Of a stretch of DNA of 62,373 nt, positions 51,001 through 62,373 are shown piece after piece. The stretch is from contig NW_004797280.1 of the NCBI RefSeq assembly GCF_000002075.1, positions 1,628,701 through 1,691,073 on the forward strand, in the 5' to 3' direction. The number at the start of each line of letters is the position of its first letter. The stretch's first letter is position 1. This DNA is from Aplysia californica. Taxonomy: Eukaryota. The notes below the pieces were generated by a model, which was given only the letters and a program-made list of their open reading frames with translations, ran no database searches and had not been told where the DNA came from. Made by a program: the position numbers and the translations under genes.

Positions 51001-54000
51001 TGTTGAAAGCTTGATTCTAGTCTTGTAACAACTTGCCCTTCAAATAGGAAAATACCTGAAAGTAGACTTGTCAATCTTATCTAAATGACTTTACACTGGC
51101 ATGAATATATATGTGTATAGACCGATACTCTTAATGTGGAATAATCATTATGACTGATTGGACATAAAATGATAATCTGATGTATGGCCAGGGTTTTTGT
51201 TTTTAATCTCAGACTTTCTCATTCCTCTTGCTCACAACTCTGTGGAAACAACTCTGTGGAAAAAATGCAGTATTTAATAGGTTCCAATGTTCATATAATG
51301 TATGCCATTGAGGTCTTAACCTCCTTGAAGCGTCTCCAGCACCATCGTGTGGTAAGAGTGATCATACAGAAAGGAAAACATTGGTAGTACACATCTGTTG
51401 GTTTTGAGCTCAAAATCTCAATGGCAGGCAGGATACAGTGTGCAATTTTTGCATTGACAGCAGTCGCAGATTATGGCCTTGTTTCTCATTTATCACTCAG
51501 CATGTTGATCACCCACTGCTGTTGTCACCCATTCCTTTTGTGTCATGAGATGCTATTATTTTATGTTGTGCACCTTGTGTTGGCTTTGTATTGGTGCATT
51601 GAAGAGTTTGAAGGGGGGGGGGGGTGGAGATATTGTTTTAATGTTGCAACTGTCGTCTGTCACTGCTCGCCTTTCTTGTGTGGTCATAGACGAGGTGTGT
51701 ATGTTCTTGTGACTCAGTTGTCAATGCGTGTGCCTTGTCTGTGCAATGAATGTTACCTGTCTAATTATGTCATCTTTAGCAAAGGAGAGCTATAAAAGCA
51801 TTCCTAACTGATTCTGTGTAGTGACATGGAGGTGATGCTGTGTCATATTTTGAACGGTGATGATCTGCTGTGGTTGGCCTTTGTGTTTCCTCTTGGTGTC
51901 TGTGTCTGAAATGTCTGTACAATTTTTTGCTCGTCTTTTTTACTGCAATTTTTGTCCCTGTAGATTGTAAGGTATACTTTTGTATTGCTTTTATCCATTT
52001 ATTTTTATACTGAAGTGTTGCTGAAACTTTCCATGTGGTCAATGAACTGTTTTAGAGAATAGTGAGGTGTCAAAAAAGATGTCACAGTGTCCTGATAGAG
52101 AGAAAATTGTATTTTTCTTTGGTTTCGAGGCTCTTATATTTAAAAGTTCCATGTTCTGTGAAGAAGGAAAAAACAAAACAAATGTTGTTGAAAGTCAAGC
52201 TGTTTGAGATTTTTCTTTGAATTTTCAATTTGTTTCAGTGGTTTTGTTTTCATTTCTTTGAACAATGTAACCTTCATAAAGCTGTTCACATCATATATGC
52301 CACTTCCTTTTTTTTTTACGAACGAAGGAAATAGAATGACAGGATGCAAATTAGTATCCCATTATTCTACATTGCCATAGCTAGGGGCTGCATTTTGGTC
52401 AATATTTCGCAACAGGAGTGTCTTGGATACTTTTTCCACTGCCCAAGTAACTTTAGAAGGCAAAGTGGCAGTTTTGTGGTGGTTTCACATTGTCAAGGGG
52501 GCCTGGGATGACTGCTGTCTTGGAGTAGATTCAATCAAAGTCTATTTGAACATTTGATCCGGTGATACAATTTGCGTGCTTCTGGCTTATGTTACAGTAC
52601 TTCATGGTGACTCTTTTTTGTTGATCTTTTTTCCTGTTTCCATTGTTCACTTATATTGCAAGTCAGTACAGACCTTTTACATTTGTAAGTCAGTTATTTT
52701 TGTTTGCTCCCTTCTGTTTGCATTGTTCTGTACCAGGTTTCAAGTTCACTTCTAAATCTTATTGCTAATTTTGAAAAGTTTTGTCGAATTGATGTGTAAA
52801 GTCGAACAACGACATTGCTGCAGGAAAATTTAGCAAGATCCTATATTTCAAGACTTAGTCTTTGGCTTATGTCTGCAATTTTTTCTTCTAAATATGTCCC
52901 AAGGTACTGGTTCATTTCACTTTAGATTTTAGCTGCTGAGGACAACACTACTGTCCAATACTTTCACAGTTGATATGACTTCAGTTTTGAAAGAGTGTGT
53001 GCTCTATGAAGGTGTGGCTAGTTAGGTTCAGAATGGGCAATAATACACAATGGTAATTAACCGATGCATGTGACATGAGAGTGGATTATATGGAAGTGAA
53101 GTAATCTTGCTGTTTTAATACTGTTGTTTGAACTCACTTTTATTTAATTTGTCATGTTAAGGGTGGTTTTAATTTTGATCTGAATGGCTATGGGTTTATG
53201 TCTTGTGTAATCTGTGGCTTAAAATTGACAAGAGTGGTACATGTACATACTTTATGAGATATAAGGGTTGGGGGAAAAATGCTTTTATATATAATATTAT
53301 CACTTGCCTTTGCGATTTCAAAGTGACTGTAAAAAAAAAAAAAAAAATAAAAATCTGACAATGCTATTTTCCTCTTTCTTTCTGTCTTTCTCACTGGCCT
53401 TTAATTTTTGGCTCCACCGCCCAGCTCTGGTATTGTTTGCATACTTCATCTTTGCGTGATGGAATCACAATCTTGAGTAGAAAAGAGAATGGTCTGTGTT
53501 GAGGATGGCCCAAAGACTACCAGAGTGCATTGTGATAAGGGTGCTTTGGCTTCTCCCAGTGTAATGTCGAGAGTGAAACTTCTTTCTCTCTTTCTTTCTT
53601 TAATCATTCATATGAACAAATTGGCCGTCCAGACACATTTGCCAATCATTATGCTCTCACACTGCATCTCCTGGTCTGGTGAAAAGTCATACATTATACT
53701 GTCCTCTTCATGTCCACATGACTTCAATTATTTGAGCACATGGATGGCTACTCAGAACGCCTCTACGGGTGATGGGCAAACGATGCTGGATTATCTACAG
53801 ATTCATTGGTCTAGTGAACGCTGTGCCTTACTTAAGTAGTGACATTTCTTCAATAAGTAGCACCCCAGAGTCCCTTGTACAGATTTTGATGTATCTTTTT
53901 CAATTAAAAGAGGTTACAGATTTGAAAGTTGCAAGCAGTAGTTTATTTTTTTCTTTTCTTTTGGAAATAAAGGAAATATTTTAAAATATTAAGTGATAGT

Positions 54001-55638
54001 GATCAATCAAATGATTACATCGTTCAGCTGTTATGATTTAGGTCCTGACAGAATAAATTGTGTTTCAACTGAGACAAGTGTTCAGTGTTTGTTGTATAGG
54101 AAGATAGCTGTGTTGATGTATTTCTCATTCATGGCCGGAATCTTAGTGATTTAGATTTTGTAGGTCAAAGTTTGGCTTGAGGCTGCCAAAATGATTCGTA
54201 TGTTCACTTCAGATCTGAAAGTGCTCTTTGGTTGCTTTCTGTACATTTTGCACACAGAGACATTTTTTGACTGTTGTTTGATGAAACTGCTCCACACTGT
54301 GAAGGTTTCTAGTTTGGGTCTGTTTTATTGTCTCAGAAAATCTTTGAAAGTGTATCTCCTAGTCTTTTCCCCTTTTTAAGTGATTAATTTGTTTTAAAGA
54401 TTTTATCATTTTTTTGTGATATGAAGCAGTGATACAGACAACAGGTTTTCATCTTTCCTTTTGTGTTTTCAGAAAGAGGAGCAGGCGCTGAGGTACATGT
54501 CTCTGACTTTTCTTTCACTAAAAGTTATTCACAACATTATTGGTGCTGATCAGACATATACTATTGTCAAAATGGTTAGTTTTGTCCTCAAGGATATGTT
54601 TCTAAGAAAAAAGGAGCATTGCACGTTATTTGAAAAAACTAAAGAGTTAATGTATGTGCCTGAGAATGATGCTACCAAGAGTACTGATAGTGAAATCTTG
54701 AAATGTGTGGTATATTTCTGTATGTTTTAAATTCAGCAGAAAACTAAAATTGTAGCACATGAAGCTACAAAATAAGAAAACAGTCTGTAAATTTGAATAC
54801 TGGCCCTTTTTTTTAGCCTATAAAGGAATGGCTGCAACAGTTTCACTGCTAGCTATTTGGCAGTCACAGTTCACAGTAGACAGTAATCTTGTTAGGTATA
54901 CAGGTCATCAGGTCAGTAGGCCTTTTGGAAGATTTCTTTTTTTCTCCTTGATTTCTGTGATCTTGTGGATTGTGCCACATGATACTGTAGCTCTTCCTGC
55001 CTGTTTTCTCTCACACTGAATGCAGTATGCAGGTTTTTCCTTCTAGGTTTATACGGTTGAGAGGTTTTTCATTCAGATGTGAGTGGTTGCAAGTTGTCTG
55101 TTCTCTCACTATCAGAAGTGGAAACCTTCTTTTCTTTATCTGGCTTTGGGTGGGGGTGTATGTACTCCTAGTGCTGACTCCGCATTAGCTACCTCTGCAC
55201 ATTCTTTAATTGCTAGTTGCATTCAACTGGTGGTTGTGCAAAGAGAAAGGCCTTTCAGTCCAACCCTCTCTCTCATTGTCGTTGGGTACATGTTGATAGT
55301 TTATGTGGAAGTTCATACATGACACGATGATGCTCAGTCGATTGCTGAGGTAAAAGGGTGGTCCTTGGGGCTCTTGTCATGAGTGCAGTCACTTGCCTCT
55401 TTTATGTAAACCTTCTACTTTTCTCCTTGTCACTGGTAAATGTACTGCACAGTAAATATGCCCTCACTTTTCTTAATTGCATGTGTGACCTCTGTATATG
55501 AAGATTAATTTGTTTTTTTAAAAATTTCTCTCAATTTCAATCTGGTTGTTAGCATTTAAAAAGTACTTTTTGTAGAGCATCAATTTTTTTTTCACTTGCC
55601 TCTCAGGCTGCACCGTCAGCCATCATGCACTTCTCATA

Positions 55639-55658
55639 AATAAAGCTGATGTAATAAA
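55639..55658 (+). terminator. Candidate proximal CRTC polyadenylation signals
   Basis: Two AATAAA 14 nt apart (55639, 55653). Confidence 0.35.
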
Positions 55659-58600
55659 GGTGTGATACAAATCTGTGGCCACTCCTTTTAGTTGGCAGCT
55701 GTTTCTGCTGAGTGCTTGAGGATTGATGGCTTCTCTTGCTGGCCTGAATAGTGCCTTACCACGAAATGGGTTGTGGTAGTTTCAGATAGAGGCTGTTGGA
55801 ATACGTAGTACACAAAATGTGGGACTAAAATACTTGAGATATAGATTGTCCTGTCTGTGAACCCAACGGCAAAGGGAGATGGAGGAAAGACCTTGAATAT
55901 TTTCTGATCTTTGGGCTCATTCATTGTTTTAAGTAGAATGCCAAGCATGTAATTTTGCCAACTACTTTCTTGTCAGGCTTAGCTCTTTCTTGCACATCAA
56001 GCAGTGGAGAAATTTTATTTTATGTTGAACGGGATGTAGAGTACAAATTCACATATATATGATTTCGAGGAAGGCTTGTGCATTGTCTGTTCGTGAGTGT
56101 ATTTGTCAGATGCAATCATCATGTGGGGCTTTTCTGTCTGCTGCAGCCTTGGCCAGTCACAAAATATCCTTCAACTAGTCGTGGACAAAATAATTACTTG
56201 TGATGCATGTTTATAAATGTTCTGAACTTTTTCAAGTATATTTCCTTGTTTATGTTCTCATAGATATCTACGTATCTACATACATATATCTTTTTTTTTT
56301 TAATGCCTTTGTTGTTTAGTTTGATATTGTAAATGTGGGCAGTGGGTGTGGCATTTACTATTTTGTTGGCCTCTACATTGTTATTGTATAGCTCATAATC
56401 TACTTATTTTCTAGAATACAGTCTATATCTGAGACAACTGATGGTTTGGGGGAGTTAATAGGCTTACCATTGGCAGAGTGCTGTTCAGTCTCCGACTACA
56501 CTTCCATATTTCAAACTGGGCTTAATCTTTTTACTGAATTTGGTGCGAGTCTGGCAATTTGCTGTAGTTCCTTGTTTTAAATTTCTCTTCTCTCCCATTG
56601 ATGCCCTTCTTTTCGTTGATGCAGAATTATATTTGTTTTACTGTAATGAGTCTGTTCCAATATCCTCTCAAACTGTGGATAGTGGCATTGACTCCTGAGC
56701 ATAGGTCTGTCCCATTTCGGGACCCCAACAGCAGAGAACTATAGAAAAAGATTGCTTGATGACAGGCTTCTAGGGCCATGGAGAAGGTCAATAATGTAGA
56801 TGTTTACCAGAGACCTCTGTTCCAATCTTACCCATAGTTTTAATGTTCATGTTGAGTAACTGGTGTTCATTAGCTTTTCTTTCTTGTGAATGCACACATT
56901 TGATTATATACTTTTCACCAATCTTTGTATATTTGATTATTTCAGTGTTCCTTTCTTTTTGTTTTCATTTTTGTTTTCACTCTTATCACATTTCTTTCTT
57001 CAAACAAAATTGAAACACACACATACCCAAAGGAATAACAAGTACAGATATTCTGTGTTTGTTTTGACAAAGTTCTGTGATCAATTTCCGTAATGATTTT
57101 TGCTCTCATTCTGTAACTACAGTATTTTATAAACCAAGCGGCTGGTTTTGTGAGTTTTCTTCAGCGTGACTTTTTAGGTTGATATGGAGGGGTACTAAAC
57201 ATTATGCGCCTGTGAATAGGTAGTTTTATTTCAGCATGGTATGTGATCACTTTATTACCTCATGTAGAAACCAGAGGGGCAGATGGTGTGTTAATAGAAA
57301 AATCAATTATAGAAATACTTTTTAATATTAATGAATATAGTAATTGAAAACTAGGGGGTAGAAAATTTGAAAGAAAAGAAAAAAACAAACCCCCCCCCCC
57401 AATTTGTTACCAGAATGAGGGCAAAAATTTAGACTGTAAACTTTATGATTCTTGTGATTTAGGATGCCACAGAAAGCTTGTCAACAAATTTATTGTGAGC
57501 TTACTGTTTTGGGGCAACTTTATTTATGACTAAATTATTATTTAAGTGCCAAAAAGTGATTCACTAGTTCATTTTGATTTTTATCAAAGATCCTTATTTA
57601 ATCATGCAAGTTTGATTGGTGTAGACCCTGTGAAACAAAGACATTCCATGAACTTTTGTAGCACAATACCATTGGATGACCATGAACTTGCTTTGAAGAT
57701 GCATGCTCAATTTAATGACATCAAAATGAGAGACGAACATTTCTGTGCACGCCAAAAGTAAAGAGTCAAGTGTCTTAGATGCGAACTGCTGAAAAGCTGG
57801 AGTGACCTCTTGTATCTTGAAAATTAAAGGGACAGCAAGCAGGGATTTTTGTTTTCTCTTTTCAGCTAAAGACATGATAATATTGCCTTCATACAATAAT
57901 CAGTCCATTTGAAGTGAATTATAGTTTTCCACAAACATCAGTACTATTTATGTCATGTTACGGGAGTGTTTCAACTCTGCCTGAGGGATACTCGATGAAA
58001 ATCCTCCCCAGATGGGAATCGACCTCACATGGGAATTAAACTCACATCCTCTGTGTGCGATGTCAAAGCTACACAAGGGATACCGGTAGTTATTTTGAGG
58101 GAGGGGGGGAAAAACCGCCAACATTTTGTGGTGTTCCTGTCTCAACTTGGGAGATTTTTAGAGGATGTATGTGCTTTTCATGGACAATAGTCTTGAGTCC
58201 CGTTTATAGAACTATACTGTCAAGCCCTCATTTGCTGAAGAGCACAGCTCTAGTTCAGATGTTAGTCACCATCAGAATGTCAACACTCCATCTGTGCAGC
58301 AGGGGAATGTGTTTTTCTACAATTGTGTAAAAAAAACAAAAAGCGTGAAGGGTATGGGAAGCAGTCCTGGTTGATTTCTTAAAGAGAATTTCTTTAGGCA
58401 TTGTATCATATCAGTGGTGTTATCCTTTGGTCATGTTTTTGGTTTCTTAAAAAAATTTCAACAGGGGAAAAAAAAATTAATTTCAAGAATGTTTCATTCA
58501 TAGCTAAATAACTTGTAAATGGATGTCCTTATCATGAAAAACGATTCCTGTTGAGGACCCACTGAAAATTGGCAACCATTTTGCAAGTGAAAACTTGTTG

Positions 58601-60677
58601 ACCTAGTTCTGGCTGGTACGTGGTTACAGTATAGCATCATCTGTATGGGATGCATGATAGATGGTGATTTTTGTGGCTATGTTTCTCCTGAAGACTCATC
58701 ACTTTCATGTGAACATAACAAAGAACAATTGCTATCCTGATACTGATTGCTAGCATAGAGAAAGTGCTCTAAAAGAATGAAAACAAGAACTTGGAGGAAT
58801 TCAGTCAAACAAACTGATTTTTACAGTGTGTCCTGCTGTCACTTCTTGATGGTGTTGTAGATGAGTCAGGAAGCTCTCAGTCTCAAGTTGGGTCGTTGGT
58901 AGTGAGGGTTATTGGTACTGAGCCCCTGTCCACCGTTAATGAAATATATAATATAATAGTTTGCACATTGATTGTTTTGGAGATGCCGGTTCGAGGTATG
59001 TTGCAACAGCACTATACATTTCAATGCACTAGTTAATGCTTTGCACTTTGTTCTCTAGGCTTTATTCTTCTTCTTGTGTGTCAACATGGTCTTTATATTT
59101 ATATGTGATACCAGTCCAACTTGAACAATTCTTATTGTGTATTGAGGCATTTGCTAGATATGTCATTCTTTTTGTAGGGACGTTTTTAGGACTATAGTAC
59201 TTCCACTTGCTCTCTCGGAAAGGGTAAAGTGTTGGGATTTGTTGTTGTTTTTTTTGTTGTTTTTTTTTTTGGGGGGGGGGGGGTTGCTTCAAATTGTACA
59301 AACAAATTTATTGTTTTGAAAATTTGTAAAGAAGAAAGTAAAGATAAAGAAAACTGAATGCTACCGAATAGCAAAAATTAACATTAAAAAGAAAAGGTTG
59401 AATAATTTGTTCAGTACGGTCACTTGTCACCTTTTTTTCAATGGGCTGAAGAACAAGAATTGATAAAGAGTGGTTTCTTTTTTTTTCTTTCCTTTTTTTC
59501 CTCCTCCCCCGGTAACGGATATTGTGATGATCAAAACTGTGTACTAAATATTGTACTTGTTTGGAAATGAAGTGCCTCATTCCTTACTTCTTCCACCTCC
59601 GCTGATGTGGAGTTTCAAGTGGATGAATTTCTATATCTTATGTCATGTCAATAATGATGGATGTGTGCGTTGGGGAAGCTGAGTCTTCTACTCATAAGTT
59701 TCTAGTGGTTTTAAGTTTAGAAAGATGGAACGAAATCTTTCAACAAAAAAGTATGCTGTGCCAAACCTTTTGGGTTGTTGTTCCTTCCCCTACCCCCCCC
59801 CCCCCCCCCTCCCAATGTTTGAAGATTAGTATTTTTGCTTTTCCTTGTAGTGGCCAAACTTGTAAATGTAAATAAACAAAGTAACAGAAGATCATGCTCT
59901 GATATTTAAACCTAATCGTAATTTCCCCGTTCTTTGCTCTTACCACATGCCCTCAAAGCAAATTTAGGCAGATAAAATTTACTTTATCGTATTCTTCAAA
60001 ATTCCTGTAGAAATTTATCTTCTTTTATAATAGAAATTTTGGCTTCACAGCTCTGTTGCTTGACCTGGCCTCAGTGTCAGCATGCTTGGTTGTCTCACGG
60101 ACACCTCAGGAAGCTGTTCCCATAGCTGCTGGGTGTCTGGCGCATGCTTTAGGGTTACTTTTGAATATGTGACTTGGAGAAGCTGGCACTTGTGGCTTTC
60201 ATTGGAACAGGAGGTGTATATTTCCAACTGTTGATGGAAGAGTTAAAGTTTTTAAAAATGAAGTATTTAGTGAGACGCGCTGGAAAGCTGTGTATTTTTC
60301 TTTTGGCTTTTCAAGTCTTGCTTCAATGTAGAGAAAATAATGCATTGTAGGGTATAAGGGGCTAGATTGTTCATATTTTTATCGTTTCGTCTTTTCTCAA
60401 GCAACTAAAGGTCATTGTCTTTTTTTCATAATGTATACACTTTTACAAATTAGTGTTTATTTATCTGTGCAGAACATGCTTACTGTTTGTGTATTCACAC
60501 TTTGTTTGCTATGGTATCTTTTATGCTTTTAACTATCCTGGTATATATAATGTTTAAAAATTTTATATTACAAAATACATGAAGTACAATATTGTTTATA
60601 AGATGTTGACCACCCTGTTGTGAGTTTCCTGTGGTGTTATCATGTTCATTTTCAACATTTTGCCATACAAAGAATTC

Positions 60678-60683
60678 AATAAA
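60678..60683 (+). terminator. Candidate distal CRTC polyadenylation signal
   Basis: AATAAA preceded by TGTA/AT-rich sequence and followed by a T/GT-rich tract; interspersed repeats resume about 180 nt later. Confidence 0.5.
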
Positions 60684-60860
60684 ATGAAAAAAAAAATATT
60701 GAGTATTTTTTCTTGTTTTCTGATAGGTCTAGCTGTTTTTCACAGTGCTCCGTGATACTCCATCTTTCTCTTCAGCTATGAGCCTGCCTCGTTTTACAAT
60801 ATGTGGTTCGTAGTTGATTCTAATTCCTTCTCTTCCACTGTTCTGTCATTTTTTAAAAAT

Positions 60861-62195
60861 GGGCATCTATGGTGTAGCGGTTAGGCGCTTTGCTGTCGCA
60901 TGCAGGAATCCTGAGTGGAGAGCCCATTTTTATCGAGTATCTTGGTCTTTCTGCTATGATGTTGTATCCTTTTCAGCCCAGGCTGGCCCTGACAGGCAGG
61001 TAGGGTGGGAAGCCCGCCTCCTAAAGAATTTAAATTGTGTCGATGTGGGGGTAAGAAAAACCTACATTAAAACAAAAAGACTACATGTATCAAAATTGCA
61101 GTTTTTGTTTTGTATGGTTGTTTACTTTTCATGTCAATCTGTCGTGACAGGTTGTTGAAGTGGTCACTGATACTGATATGCCTTATTCCTTTCCTTCTTG
61201 ATCACTTGCTGTCCCTTGGTGTTTTCTGCCACTCCTATCTTTTCCCCAGCACTTTATTGCTATTGTCCCGTTTGTGTGTTCCTTTTTAACTCCAACTTAA
61301 ACCATACTCTGTTTTTCTTTTGTGAAATCGATACCTTTAATCTCTATTTTTGTCGTGTCTTCTGGTGAAATCAGTATAGGTTTGGGTGGTTGGTGGGTGC
61401 GCCAGTGGGATTTGCTCCTTCATTCCTGTCAGACGTCTATGTCCTAATCTCTCCTTTTCTTTGTATATTACTCTCAAGTAACGCAGTCTGTTGGTGTTTG
61501 GCGGGTGCTCTGGTGTGGTAAACTCCTTCTTTACTATCAATGATCAAACACCTATCGTTCTAATCTCTCCTCCTGTTTTGTGTTTGTTACTCTCTTGTAA
61601 CATATTCATCCCTTGCCAAACTTGGACCACGAACAAGACGTTAGAGCAAAGAATTACAACTTGTGAAATGCGATGTCTTAGAAAAGCAGTAAACAAGACC
61701 AGGCGAGACAAAATTAGAAACTCTGTAATCCAAGAAATGGTGGGCACAAAATATGTCATGCATCACATCCAACACCAAAGAACCAAATGGTTGGGACATC
61801 TCTTACGATTACCAACACACCATCCAGCACAACGTGCCTACATCCAAAAATTCAATGGCAACAAGGCTAGATGGCGACCGAGAAAGACCTGGATAGATGG
61901 AGTCGGGGAAACATTAACCACCCACGGCATCCCCCTGACCCAAGCTCTCCGGCTGGCGACAGAGAGACGTCTCTTTTATCCCGCGACACCCAAAAGGGTA
62001 TAACATTACTATAAGCGGCAGATAAAAGTAAAGTAAGTACTCTCTAATCTTCGGCACTTGTATGACCTTATTGTGTTGCAAGAGCCGTAAAACTCTTACT
62101 AACTAAAACTAAACGCAGTCCAATCTTCGCCATGTATATGACCTATTTGTGTTGCACAAGTGCCGTATAACTCTTACGAAAACTATAACTGAAAT
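60861..62195 (+). mobile_element. Long or composite tRNA-headed SINE with duplicated 3' module and duplicated tail
   Basis: Head matches the 6242 minus-strand copy; 185-nt-type modules at ~61385 and ~61490; hairpin tails at 62053 and ~62128. Confidence 0.65.
61603..62039 (+). mobile_element. 5'-truncated RTE-clade LINE inserted in the SINE
   Basis: TWTTNKTLEQRITTCEMRCLRK...TRRDKIRNSVI...KWLGHLLR...RPRKTWID is typical of the post-RT C-terminus of RTE-type LINEs; (AAGT)n-like tail; splits the SINE consensus gtaaca|ctctaatc. Confidence 0.85.
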
Positions 62196-62373
62196 CAGCC
62201 ATTCTCAGGATGGCTCGCCGAGAACTTCAACTAAGCAAAAAACTTGTTTGAAAGTGGATTTAATAAGAGGAGTCGTCTAGTCTCGCTTTCTTGTCACTGC
62301 CAGTCCCTTTCTGTTTATTTGTGGTTGTGGACATTTTTGGGACATCATTTTGACTTCAGTCTAGGGAAAAAAG

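Noticed and set aside
60861-60935. tRNA gene
   Set aside because: A-box-like start but no intact cloverleaf or B box; a second diverged copy at 6242 shows it is a SINE head.
1-62373. Prokaryote-type systems (CRISPR arrays, operons, defence islands)
   Set aside because: The window is spliceosomal-intron-containing animal DNA; I saw no regularly spaced repeat-spacer array or long intronless ORFs.

Overview
Eukaryotic (animal, AT-rich, intron- and repeat-rich) genomic DNA, probably a lophotrochozoan invertebrate such as a mollusc; the taxon is an inference. The + strand carries two genes. (1) The last two coding exons of UTP15 (2148-2206, 3627-3970). (2) A complete CREB-regulated transcription coactivator gene (CRTC/TORC) that I reassembled by hand from 12 GT-AG exons (10455-48026, 2256 nt, 751 aa, all phases consistent), followed by what looks like a ~12.6 kb 3' UTR. 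The most interesting observation is two frame-preserving candidate cassette exons (54 nt at 29164 and 24 nt at 29357) in the intron that splits the main SIK/AMPK/14-3-3 phosphosite. They would switch its -5 residue between W, L and P, echoing the vertebrate CRTC1 versus CRTC2/3 difference within one gene. Introns and flanks hold several short retroposon types sharing one 3' hairpin tail with compensatory base changes, nested or self-targeted insertions, TA- and TTAA-flanked MITEs, an RTE-type LINE fragment and a 100-N assembly gap. All calls were made by eye with no database search. Most short ORFs in the supplied track are spurious.
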